Positions 19,463-28,014 of a stretch of 64,000 bases of DNA are shown here, piece by piece. Every line of letters starts with the position of its first letter. Position 1 is the stretch's first letter. Source of the DNA: Clostridia bacterium (GTDB taxonomy: Bacteria > Bacillota > Clostridia > UMGS1810); the NCBI GenBank assembly GCA_045540815.1, contig JAZQHY010000040.1, forward strand, positions 8,539 through 72,538, in the 5' to 3' direction. A program made the translations under genes and the position numbers. The notes beneath the pieces are model-generated. The model made no database searches. It was not told the DNA's origin and saw nothing but the letters and a program-made list of their open reading frames with translations.

Positions 19463-20137
19463 ATGGAAAATATGGTAAATATATTTCTTTTCGGTAAAAA
19501 ATACGAAGTACCTGAAAACCTTACTATAATGAGCGCAATGGAATACGCTGGCTATCAGTTAGTGCGTGGTTGCGGTTGCAGAAACGGTTTTTGCGGTGCG
19601 TGTGCTACTATTTACAGAATAAAAGGCGATAGAGAATTAAAAGCTTGTCTTGCTTGTCAGACAAAGGTTGAGGACAATATGTACATTGCTACACTTCCGT
19701 TCTTCCCTCTTGTAAAACAGGTTTATGATATGAACACTGTTTCAATAGACGAGCAGGTAATGATGCAGCTTTATCCTGAAATCTACGCTTGTATCGGCTG
19801 TAATGCTTGTACAAAAGCTTGTACACAGGAGCTAAACGTTATGCAGTACATTGCTTACGCACAGAGAGGTGATTTTGAAAAATGCGCTGAGGAGTCATTT
19901 GACTGCGTAATGTGCGGTGTATGTTCTTCAAGATGTCCTGCAGGTATATCTCATCCGCAGGTTGCAATGCTTGCAAGAAGAATTAATGGTAAATACCTTG
20001 CTCCTAAATGCGACCACCTTGAAAACAGAGTTCAGGAAATCAAAGACGGCACATTTACAGACCTTATCGAAGCGCTTATGCAGAAGCCAATCGATGAGAT
20101 TAAAGAGCTTTACAACACTAGAGAGATTGAGAAATAA
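19463..20137 (+). CDS. Succinate dehydrogenase/fumarate reductase iron-sulfur subunit-like protein
   Basis: N-terminal 2Fe-2S pattern (GCGCRNGFCGACA) plus CIGCNACTKAC and CVMCGVCSSRCP. 224 aa. Confidence 0.7.
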   Translation: MENMVNIFLFGKKYEVPENLTIMSAMEYAGYQLVRGCGCRNGFCGACATIYRIKGDRELKACLACQTKVEDNMYIATLPFFPLVKQVYDMNTVSIDEQVMMQLYPEIYACIGCNACTKACTQELNVMQYIAYAQRGDFEKCAEESFDCVMCGVCSSRCPAGISHPQVAMLARRINGKYLAPKCDHLENRVQEIKDGTFTDLIEALMQKPIDEIKELYNTREIEK

Positions 20138-20151
20138 GGAGGCGGCTTAAA

Positions 20152-21747
20152 ATGTATTCAGAAAAACTAAAAGAATCTATAAAGGCGGTTGAAGCTGCCA
20201 GAGATAAAAACACTGCTTACGAGCCAGAAAGAATGACCGCTCAGCAGAAAGAAGACCTTTTAAAAGCTTATCATCCTGACTACAAGGAATCAGAATTTTC
20301 TGTGCTTGAGATAGGTCCAAACAAAGGCGATAAGGTGCCTCACGAGTTGGCCGCTATGCTACAGGCTCATTCAAGAGTTAACCCTAGTGATATCGACCTT
20401 ACAAACCCTGACTACGATGTAGACGTACTTATCATCGGCGGTGGCGGTGCGGGTTCTTCTGCAGCTATCGAGGCTCACGAGGCAGGCGCAGATGTTATGA
20501 TAGTTACAAAGCTTAGAATAGGCGATGCCAACACTATGATGGCAGAGGGCGGTATTCAGGCTGCTGATAAGGAGAACGACTCTCCTGCAATCCATTTTGT
20601 AGACGCATTCGGTGGCGGCCACTTTGCTGCAAAGAGAGAGCTTCTATCAAAGCTTGTATGCGACGCTCCTGATGCTATACTATGGCTTTCGGAGCTTGGC
20701 GTTGAATTTGATAAAGACGAAGATGGCAGAATGGTTACTACTCACGGTGGTGGTACATCTAGAAAACGTATGCACGCTGCAAAGGACTATTCAGGTGCAG
20801 AAATCATGCGTACTCTTCGTGACGAAGTATTAAACAGAAATATCCCTGTAGTTGATTTCACATCAGCTATAGAGTTAATACTTGATGAAAACGGCAACGC
20901 AGCAGGTGCGGTGCTAATGAATATGGAAACAAAGGAAATCCTAGTTGCAAAGGCTAAAACTGTTATCATCGCTACAGGCGGTGCAGGCAGAATGCACTAT
21001 CAGGGCTTCCCTACTTCAAACCATTACGGTGCTACAGCAGATGGTCTTGTACTTGGTTACAGGGCAGGTGCAAAATTACTTTATGCTGAAACACTTCAGT
21101 ATCACCCAACAGGCGCTGCATACCCTGAACAGATTTTCGGTGCGCTAGTTACTGAAAAAGTTCGTTCACTTGGTGCAAAGCTTGTAAACTCTAAGGGTGA
21201 AGTATTTATGCATCCACTAGAAACTCGTGACGTTGCTGCAGCCTCTATTATCCGTGAATGTAACGACAGAGGCAACGGCATCGAAACAGGTAACGGTCTT
21301 GGCGTATGGCTAGACACTCCAATGATTGAAAAAATTGGCGGTGAAGGTACTATTGAGGCTAGAATTCCTGCTATGATGAGAATGTTTGGTAAATACGGCA
21401 TAGATATCCGTAAAGAACCTATCCTTGTTTACCCTACACTTCACTATCAGAACGGCGGTCTTGACATAAATGCTGACTGTATGACTACAAATGTTGAAAA
21501 CCTATTTGTAGCAGGAGAGGCTGTTGGCGGTATCCACGGCAGAAACAGACTTATGGGTAACTCACTTCTTGATATCATCGTATTCGGCAGAAGCGCAGGT
21601 AAGAGTGCTGCCACTAAATGTAAAGATGTTAAGGTTGGAAAGCTTACACTTGACCACGTGAATAAATTTGAAAAGGAAATAGCTGATGCGAAATACGAAA
21701 CAAACGAAGTATCTCCTAAGCTTTTACCTGATTACACAAGAAAATAA
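20152..21747 (+). CDS. Fumarate reductase/succinate dehydrogenase-family flavoprotein, soluble type
   Basis: DVLIIGGGGAGSSAA, YHPTG, GIHGRNRLMGNSLLD. It has NTMMAEGG where covalent-FAD enzymes carry a His. Confidence 0.75.
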   Translation: MYSEKLKESIKAVEAARDKNTAYEPERMTAQQKEDLLKAYHPDYKESEFSVLEIGPNKGDKVPHELAAMLQAHSRVNPSDIDLTNPDYDVDVLIIGGGGAGSSAAIEAHEAGADVMIVTKLRIGDANTMMAEGGIQAADKENDSPAIHFVDAFGGGHFAAKRELLSKLVCDAPDAILWLSELGVEFDKDEDGRMVTTHGGGTSRKRMHAAKDYSGAEIMRTLRDEVLNRNIPVVDFTSAIELILDENGNAAGAVLMNMETKEILVAKAKTVIIATGGAGRMHYQGFPTSNHYGATADGLVLGYRAGAKLLYAETLQYHPTGAAYPEQIFGALVTEKVRSLGAKLVNSKGEVFMHPLETRDVAAASIIRECNDRGNGIETGNGLGVWLDTPMIEKIGGEGTIEARIPAMMRMFGKYGIDIRKEPILVYPTLHYQNGGLDINADCMTTNVENLFVAGEAVGGIHGRNRLMGNSLLDIIVFGRSAGKSAATKCKDVKVGKLTLDHVNKFEKEIADAKYETNEVSPKLLPDYTRK

Positions 21748-21816
21748 TAACTTATTATGGGCGGTTGGCAACAATCGCCCGTAAGTATGACAAAAAAAGA
21801 AAAGAGGTCATTTTAA

Positions 21817-23070
21817 ATGAATTTATTTGGTGGAGTTATTCCTATAACAGGAATTTCATTTTTAATGTTTTGTGTATTTGCTATTGCAGCAGTAGGTTTT
21901 GCGCTTGGCAGAATAACAATTAAAGGTGTTGCTCTTGGCGATGCAGCAGTATTTATTATGGCGCTTGTGTTCGGTGCATTTTTCTTTAAACCGCTAGAAG
22001 CACAGCTTATGGTAGACGGAACAGCATATGCTGAAAAAGCGCTTGAAATCATCGAAAATCTTGGTCTTATCCTGTTTGTAACATCTGTTGGCTTTATCGC
22101 AGGACCAAAATTCTTCGGTAATATGAAGAGAAACTTTAAGTCTTACGTATTACTAGGTCTTGTAGTTATCCTTATGGGCGGACTTGCAGCAGTAGCTTGT
22201 ATATATATGGGTGAAATATTTGGCTATGGCGCAAGCATCACAGATCAGGACGGCTTTGTAGCTATGATAGTTGGCCTTCTTTCAGGCTCACTTACATCTA
22301 CCCCTGCATTCTCTGCAGCAAAAGCTACAGTTGCTCCTGAATTTACAAGCCTTGTATCAGTTGGACACGGTATCGCGTACATATTCGGTGTAGTTGGTGT
22401 TGTACTTTTCGTTCAGATTATACCAAAGCTTACTAAAGCTGATATGGCGGCTGAAAGAGCTAAAATTACTGCAGTTGCTGACGGTTCACAGAAAAAAACA
22501 TTTGCTGGTAAACTACTTGAGCTTGACGAGCATGGCTTTGGTGCATTTGCACTTGCGGCAGTAGTTGGAACTATATTAGGTAAGATAAAAATACCTCTAA
22601 GTGCCGAAGGACTTTCTGGAACTTGCTTCTCGCTTACTACTACAGGCGGTTGCCTTTTAGCATCACTTGTATTTGGTCACTTTGGAAGAATTGGTAAGCT
22701 TTCTATTATGCCAAAAGGAAGTACTCTTAAGCTTTTCCGCGAGCTTGGACTTATGCTTTTCCTAATCGGCGCAGGTATCCCTGGCGGTGCGGACTTTGTG
22801 GCTAACTTCGACCCTATGTACTTTATCTATGGTATTATAATGACTATCGTACCTTTGGTTATTGGCTTCTTGTTTGCTAAATATGTGCTTAAGCTTAGCC
22901 TTCTTAACAACCTTGGTTCAATCACAGGTGGTATGACAAGTACACCTGCACTAGGAACTCTAATCAGTACAGCAAAAACAGAGGACGTTGCAGCAGCTTA
23001 TGCGGCTACGTACCCTATCGCACTAATCGCGGTTGTGCTTGTATCACAGTTCCTTATCATATTGTTCTAA
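21817..23070 (+). CDS. AAE (aspartate:alanine exchanger / YidE-YbjL) family transporter, short form without a central TrkA-C domain
   Basis: 417-aa polytopic protein with two similar halves. Terminal motif GSITGGMTSTPALG. Confidence 0.55.
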   Translation: MNLFGGVIPITGISFLMFCVFAIAAVGFALGRITIKGVALGDAAVFIMALVFGAFFFKPLEAQLMVDGTAYAEKALEIIENLGLILFVTSVGFIAGPKFFGNMKRNFKSYVLLGLVVILMGGLAAVACIYMGEIFGYGASITDQDGFVAMIVGLLSGSLTSTPAFSAAKATVAPEFTSLVSVGHGIAYIFGVVGVVLFVQIIPKLTKADMAAERAKITAVADGSQKKTFAGKLLELDEHGFGAFALAAVVGTILGKIKIPLSAEGLSGTCFSLTTTGGCLLASLVFGHFGRIGKLSIMPKGSTLKLFRELGLMLFLIGAGIPGGADFVANFDPMYFIYGIIMTIVPLVIGFLFAKYVLKLSLLNNLGSITGGMTSTPALGTLISTAKTEDVAAAYAATYPIALIAVVLVSQFLIILF

Positions 23071-23087
23071 TATAGATAATATATATA

Positions 23088-23119
23088 AAAAAGGATATGC
23101 ATTTGCATATCCTTTTTTA
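23088..23119 (+). terminator. Intrinsic terminator ending the redox operon
   Basis: AGGATATGC-ATTT-GCATATCCT followed by TTTTT. Confidence 0.8.
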
Positions 23120-23143
23120 GTTGAAAAATTTTATAGGAAACTA

Positions 23144-23176
23144 TTGACAAATCGAGTTAGTTATGCTAAACTAACT
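23144..23176 (+). promoter_or_regulatory. feo promoter with an overlapping palindromic operator
   Basis: TTGACA (23144-23149), 17 nt, TAAACT (23167-23172). The inverted repeat AGTTAGTT-N6-AACTAACT (23155-23176) covers the -10 element. Confidence 0.55.
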
Positions 23177-23226
23177 AATGCAATAGAAATAATAATTCTT
23201 ATTTTTTAGGTTTAAAGGTGAGATAT

Positions 23227-23439
23227 ATGAATTTAAGACAGGCAGAGGAAGGAAAAGAATATATCATCAGCCGTATAGAAACAGACGATGAAGAACTAGA
23301 TGCGTTTCTGTTTTCACTAGGTTGCTATTCAGGCGAGCCAATTACAGTTATCTCCCACCGAAAAGGTGGATGTGTGGTTTCTATAAAGGACGGCAGATAC
23401 AGTATAGACAATCATTTGGCAGAAGCTATTATTATTTAA
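23227..23439 (+). CDS. feoA: Ferrous iron transport protein A
   Basis: 70 aa, small SH3-like FeoA pattern. Lies upstream of feoB. The ATG at 23227 follows AAAGGTGAG. Confidence 0.85.
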   Translation: MNLRQAEEGKEYIISRIETDDEELDAFLFSLGCYSGEPITVISHRKGGCVVSIKDGRYSIDNHLAEAIII

Positions 23440-23555
23440 TGAAATTTAAAAGCGGCTGCCTTTAAAAATGATTTGCGGTTAGCTTTATCTAACTCGAAAG
23501 CATTTAAATTTTTTATATTAAAAAATTTTAGCATAAATGACAGGAGGAAAAAAGT

Positions 23556-25589
23556 ATGAGAATTGCTTTAACAGGCAATCCAAACAGTGGTAAAACTACT
23601 ATGTACAACGCACTTACAGGTCAGAATGAGAGCGTCGGAAACTGGGCAGGTGTTACCGTTGAAAAGAAGGAACATATAATTAAAAAGAGTTTTTGCATTG
23701 GAAACGAGGAATTAGTAGCGGTAGACTTACCCGGTGCATATTCAATGTCACCATTTACATCGGAAGAAAGCATAACAAGTGATTATGTAAAAAACGAAAA
23801 CCCTGATGTTATTATAAATATCGTTGACGCTACAAACCTTAGCAGAAGTTTGTTTTTCACTACTCAGTTATTAGAACTCGGTGTGCCTGTGGTTGTTGCG
23901 CTTAACAAAACAGATATAAACGAGAAAAAAGAAACGGAAATTGATGAAAGTGCACTTGCTAAAAAGCTAGGCTGTCCTGTAGTAAAGACCACCTCTACAA
24001 CTTCAGAAGGCTTAAAGGAGGCAGTTGCAGCAGCACTTGAGCTAAAGGGTAAGGGTCAGAAAGCTCCTTACTTACAGGGCGATATCGACCTTACAAGCAA
24101 AAAAGCAGTCGAGGAAGCTGACAGAAAGAGATTTGAGTTTGTAAATAAACTGGTATCACAGGTTGAAGATAGAAAAGTACATACAAACGAAAAGAATTTT
24201 CAGGATAAAATAGACGCAGTACTTACAAATAAGTGGCTTGGTATTCCAATATTTGCAGTTGTAATGTATCTTGTGTTCTGGATTTCACAGGTAGGTCCGG
24301 GTGTATGGATAGCGGAAGGCTATGAATTTGAATCTGGCTACACTATTCCTGGTCTTGTAACCCTTCTTGAAGGTTTTCAGAGCTGGGTAGGAGGATTTTT
24401 GGAAGGTGCAAACCCGCTTCTTTACGCGCTTTTAATTGACGGTGTAATTGGCGGTGTGATAGCGGTTATAGGATTTTTACCACTTGTAATGGTAATGTAT
24501 TTCCTTATCGCACTACTTGAAGACTGCGGATATATGGCGAGAGTATCGGTAGTACTTGACCCTATATTTAAAAAGGTTGGTCTGTCTGGTAAATCTGTAA
24601 TTCCGTTTGTAATAGGTACAGGCTGTGCTATTCCTGGCGTAATGGCGTCACGTACTATCAGAAACGAAAGAGAACGCAGAGCTACTGCAATGCTTGCTCC
24701 GTTTATGCCTTGCGGTGCAAAGCTTCCTGTTATTGCGTTATTTGCAGGTGCATTCTTTAAAGATGCTGCGTGGGTTGGTCCGTTAATGTACCTTGTTGGT
24801 ATAGTTATCATATTCTTTGGTGCACTTTTGGTAAACAGAATCACCGGCAACAGCAAGAAAACATCATACTTTATAATAGAGCTTCCCGAGTACAAAGCGC
24901 CAAGCTTTTACAGAGCGTTTGGCTCAATGTGCTCACGTGGTTGGGCGTACATAGTAAAAGCGGCTACAATTATACTTCTATGTAACACGGTAGTACAGAT
25001 AATGCAGACATTTAGCTGGAGCTTCACAGAGGCGGCATCGGCAGATGAGTCAATTCTTGCGTCTATCGCGGGCCCGTTTGCATATCTCCTCGTTCCTGTT
25101 GTAGGTGTGCTTTCGTGGCAGCTTGCGGCAGCTGCAATTACAGGCTTTATTGCTAAAGAAAACGTTGTTGGTACACTCGCAGTATGCTTTGTCGGACTTG
25201 AAAATCTTATAGATGCAGAAGCACTTGAGCTTATGGAAGGTGCAGGTGCAGAGGTTGCAACAGCATTTGCTATTACAAAGGTTGCTGCTCTTGCATACCT
25301 AATGTTTAACCTGTTTACACCGCCTTGCTTTGCGGCTATCGGCGCTATGAATGCTGAAATGAAGAGTGCTAAATGGCTATGGGGTGGTATAGGTCTTCAA
25401 ATCGTAACAGGTTATACTGTAGGATTTTTGGTGTATCAGATCGGCACACTTATTACCACGGGCTCGGTTGGGGCAGGCTTTGTTCCCGGTCTTGTTGCAG
25501 TTGTAGTAATGGCGGGTATAATCGCATATTTATGTGTAAAACCGAATAAAAGCGCAAATTTTTTGAGTAATAAAAAAGTTTCTGCGTAG
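23556..25589 (+). CDS. feoB: Ferrous iron transport protein B
   Basis: IALTGNPNSGKTT G-domain followed by a large polytopic membrane domain. 677 aa. Confidence 0.95.
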   Translation: MRIALTGNPNSGKTTMYNALTGQNESVGNWAGVTVEKKEHIIKKSFCIGNEELVAVDLPGAYSMSPFTSEESITSDYVKNENPDVIINIVDATNLSRSLFFTTQLLELGVPVVVALNKTDINEKKETEIDESALAKKLGCPVVKTTSTTSEGLKEAVAAALELKGKGQKAPYLQGDIDLTSKKAVEEADRKRFEFVNKLVSQVEDRKVHTNEKNFQDKIDAVLTNKWLGIPIFAVVMYLVFWISQVGPGVWIAEGYEFESGYTIPGLVTLLEGFQSWVGGFLEGANPLLYALLIDGVIGGVIAVIGFLPLVMVMYFLIALLEDCGYMARVSVVLDPIFKKVGLSGKSVIPFVIGTGCAIPGVMASRTIRNERERRATAMLAPFMPCGAKLPVIALFAGAFFKDAAWVGPLMYLVGIVIIFFGALLVNRITGNSKKTSYFIIELPEYKAPSFYRAFGSMCSRGWAYIVKAATIILLCNTVVQIMQTFSWSFTEAASADESILASIAGPFAYLLVPVVGVLSWQLAAAAITGFIAKENVVGTLAVCFVGLENLIDAEALELMEGAGAEVATAFAITKVAALAYLMFNLFTPPCFAAIGAMNAEMKSAKWLWGGIGLQIVTGYTVGFLVYQIGTLITTGSVGAGFVPGLVAVVVMAGIIAYLCVKPNKSANFLSNKKVSA

Positions 25590-25706
25590 GTAATCGCTAG
25601 ACAATTCATACATTGTAGGGCGCGGCGGTTTTTGACGCACCGTTAATGCAGAATTCTCGGCGCATTTAAAGACTGTGCTCTGCAAATTAAAGTAAAGGAA
25701 AGTATT

Positions 25707-25865
25707 ATGAAGGATATTATTGTTATTGCTATAATAATTGTAATCACTGCTATGGCAGGGTTATATATATACAAAGCTAAAAAAAACGGCAAAAAATGTA
25801 TAGGTTGTCCTGACAGCGGCTCGTGCAATTGCGGATGCTGCGGAGTCGAAAACAAAGATAAATAA
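25707..25865 (+). CDS. FeoB-associated Cys-rich small membrane protein (52 aa, absent from the ORF track)
   Basis: MKDIIVIAIIIVITAMAGLYIYKAKKNGKKCIGCPDSGSCNCGCCGVENKDK. RBS AAAGGAAAG. Immediately downstream of feoB. Confidence 0.8.
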   Translation: MKDIIVIAIIIVITAMAGLYIYKAKKNGKKCIGCPDSGSCNCGCCGVENKDK

Positions 25866-25870
25866 AACAA

Positions 25871-25902
25871 AAGCGGATTTGAATATCAAATCTGCTTTTT
25901 TA
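25871..25902 (+). terminator. feo operon terminator
   Basis: AAGCGGATTTGA-ATA-TCAAATCTGCTT followed by a T-run. Confidence 0.8.
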
Positions 25903-25925
25903 TATAATTAGGAAAAATATAAAAC

Positions 25926-25941
25926 TGTTTCACATGGAACA
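25926..25941. promoter_or_regulatory. parS-like centromere site
   Basis: TGTTTCACATGGAACA compared with TGTTNCACGTGAAACA has 2 mismatches. Intergenic. Confidence 0.55.
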
Positions 25942-25959
25942 TTTTAAGTTGTGAGAGCA

Positions 25960-26229
25960 TTAAAAAAATATTTGCAACAGTAATATAAGACATATTCCCG
26001 GCAGACCAAATATACCTAAAAGTATTGCCGTTATGGCGTTTATGCCTATGTAAATTCCGGTCAAGCTTGAAAATAAATTTATAAATAACAGTAGTATAAC
26101 GCCAAGTGCACTGTTTAGGATAAGCTTAAATATAATTTTTAGCGGCGTAAGAAAGATTTTTGCCACTACAAATATTATAAGCATTCCCAGAATGTAGCCG
26201 GCTACTACCGAAAAGTTAATAGCTTCCAA
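25960..26229 (-). CDS. bofA: Pro-sigmaK processing inhibitor BofA
   Basis: 89-aa two-TM protein with INAITAILLGIFGLPGICLILLL, resembling the BofA C-terminal motif. yaaL is its neighbour. Confidence 0.75.
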   Translation of the reverse strand: MEAINFSVVAGYILGMLIIFVVAKIFLTPLKIIFKLILNSALGVILLLFINLFSSLTGIYIGINAITAILLGIFGLPGICLILLLQIFF

Positions 26230-26401
26230 AAGAAAATCACCTCTTTATACATTTATATTTGTAAAAAGGGTGATTATTCTATTTTTTGGACAAATATTTA
26301 GGCCAAGAGAAATTAAGCTGCATAAGTTTTAAGTTTTATAAAATTGTACACTTTCAATTTGTTGTCTTCAAAAGGTATCAGCCTATCTCCCACTCCTTTG
26401 C

Positions 26402-26695
26402 TTATGCTCCTTGCTCATCAAACTCTTTGATAAGCTTTAATATAAATTTATACTTTGCCTCTTTGGCAAGTATCATATATGAATAAAAGTCTATAAGGTC
26501 TGAGTCTGTTGCTTCTTTAAAGTTTTCTCTCTCGCTTTCAATCTCTTTACCAACAGCGGTCAAAAGAGTAGTAAGACTTTTTCTTTCCTGCTCTTTTTTT
26601 CGCTTTAATTTTATTTCTTCCAGATTATCCAGAGTGTATTTTATAGGCAGTCTACTTAGTTTTTCAGTTAAAACACTTGTGTTCATTTTAGTCAC
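26402..26695 (-). CDS. yaaL: YaaL family protein (DUF2508)
   Basis: The C-terminal DLIDFYSYMILAKEAKYKFILKLIKE pattern is typical of DUF2508. Adjacent to bofA, as in Bacillus. Confidence 0.65.
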   Translation of the reverse strand: MTKMNTSVLTEKLSRLPIKYTLDNLEEIKLKRKKEQERKSLTTLLTAVGKEIESERENFKEATDSDLIDFYSYMILAKEAKYKFILKLIKEFDEQGA

Positions 26696-26906
26696 CTCTC
26701 ATTAATGTATCAAGACCTAAACTCTACGCAGTTTAAGTGCTGTCACATTAAGTATAGTCGATGAAATCATCAAATATACCGCTGTAATTGTAAATTTTTT
26801 CTAAAATAATGCTTATTTTAAGAGTTTTTTTAAATAAATTTACAAAAATCCCTTGCAAAATTGCTCGGAAAATATTATGATAATAATATATACTTATTAA
26901 AATGGG

Positions 26907-28004
26907 GTGAAGTGTGTGAATGTAAAATTTTTCAAACAGGTGACCCAACAAATGAAGAGCGTTATAGGAAGAGAACTTGGTATTATTACTGAGGGCGGAT
27001 TTGTTGTTGCGGCAAATGAAAACTGTATTTCACAAAAAGATTTGGAGTGCGTTATGTCTTTTGCCGAGGACAATCACGAAATATTCACTTATAACGGCTA
27101 TACGTACAAGCCTGTAAGTCCTATGAGAAAGTGTGAGTACATAGCATTTGTTCAGGGCGATGACCCAATTGCAAAAAATTACGTTGATATACTTGATATA
27201 AATTTTTCGAGTTTAAAATCAATATACGACGATAAACATGACACTGTTAACTTTATAAAAAATATCCTTATGGACAATATCTTACCTGGTGACGTTCTTG
27301 CTAAAGCGGCAGAGCTTCACTTTAACGTCGAGGAAAAACGTGTGGTTTTGATAGTTCAGGCAGAGGGAGTAAAGGATTTCTCTGTATTTGAGATTATCGA
27401 AAATATGTTCCCTGACAAACAGAAGGACTTTATTGTTGGAATAGATGAGGAAAACATTGCTATTGTAAAATGTATTGAAGACGAACACAGTGATGCCGAA
27501 GGGTTTGAAAAGCTTGCCAGAGAAATAGCTGATACTATAAACACTGAAGCGCTTACTCCGGTGAATATTGGTATAGGTACTGCTGTTAACAATGTCAGAG
27601 AAATATCAAAATCGTTTAAAGAAGCACGCTCTGCTCTTGAAATTGGCAGAATTTTTGACAATGAGAAAAATATCATCAGCTATGAGGATTTAGGTATAGG
27701 AAGACTTATTTATCAGCTTCCTACAACACTTTGCGAGCTTTTCTTAAACGAGGTATTTAAAAAAGGCACTATAGATGACCTTGATCAGGAAATACTTTTC
27801 ACTATTCAGAAATTTTTCGAGAACAATCTAAACGTGTCAGAAACTTCAAGACAGCTTTATGTACACAGAAATACTCTTGTGTACAGACTTGACAAGATAC
27901 AGAAGATTACAGGTCTTGACCTTAGAATATTTGACCAGGCGATAATATTCAAGGTAGCTATGATGGTAAACAAATACCTTAGTGCAGATGACCTAAGAAT
28001 TTGA
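26907..28004 (+). CDS. PucR/CdaR-family transcriptional regulator
   Basis: C-terminal HTH NLNVSETSRQLYVHRNTLVYRLDKIQKITGLDLR. Start uncertain (GTG 26907 or 26916). Confidence 0.7.
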   Translation: MKCVNVKFFKQVTQQMKSVIGRELGIITEGGFVVAANENCISQKDLECVMSFAEDNHEIFTYNGYTYKPVSPMRKCEYIAFVQGDDPIAKNYVDILDINFSSLKSIYDDKHDTVNFIKNILMDNILPGDVLAKAAELHFNVEEKRVVLIVQAEGVKDFSVFEIIENMFPDKQKDFIVGIDEENIAIVKCIEDEHSDAEGFEKLAREIADTINTEALTPVNIGIGTAVNNVREISKSFKEARSALEIGRIFDNEKNIISYEDLGIGRLIYQLPTTLCELFLNEVFKKGTIDDLDQEILFTIQKFFENNLNVSETSRQLYVHRNTLVYRLDKIQKITGLDLRIFDQAIIFKVAMMVNKYLSADDLRI

Positions 28005-28014
28005 GGTGCAAAGA

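Noticed and set aside
21759-21780. Stem-loop GGGCGGTTG-GCAA-CAATCGCCC after the frdA-like gene, considered as an operon terminator.
   Set aside because: It is not followed by a T-tract. The transporter gene 37 nt downstream is therefore probably co-transcribed. It is retained only as a possible processing or stability element.
25590-25706. Possible structured RNA or repeat between feoB and the Cys-rich gene (TGTAGGGCGCGGCGG...).
   Set aside because: It shares only the word TGTAGGG with the element at 58647. No closing arm or stable multi-stem fold was found by eye.
25643-25870. 75-aa minus-strand ORF.
   Set aside because: It is the antisense shadow of the + strand FeoB-associated Cys-rich gene, which has an RBS, a terminator and a recognisable family pattern.
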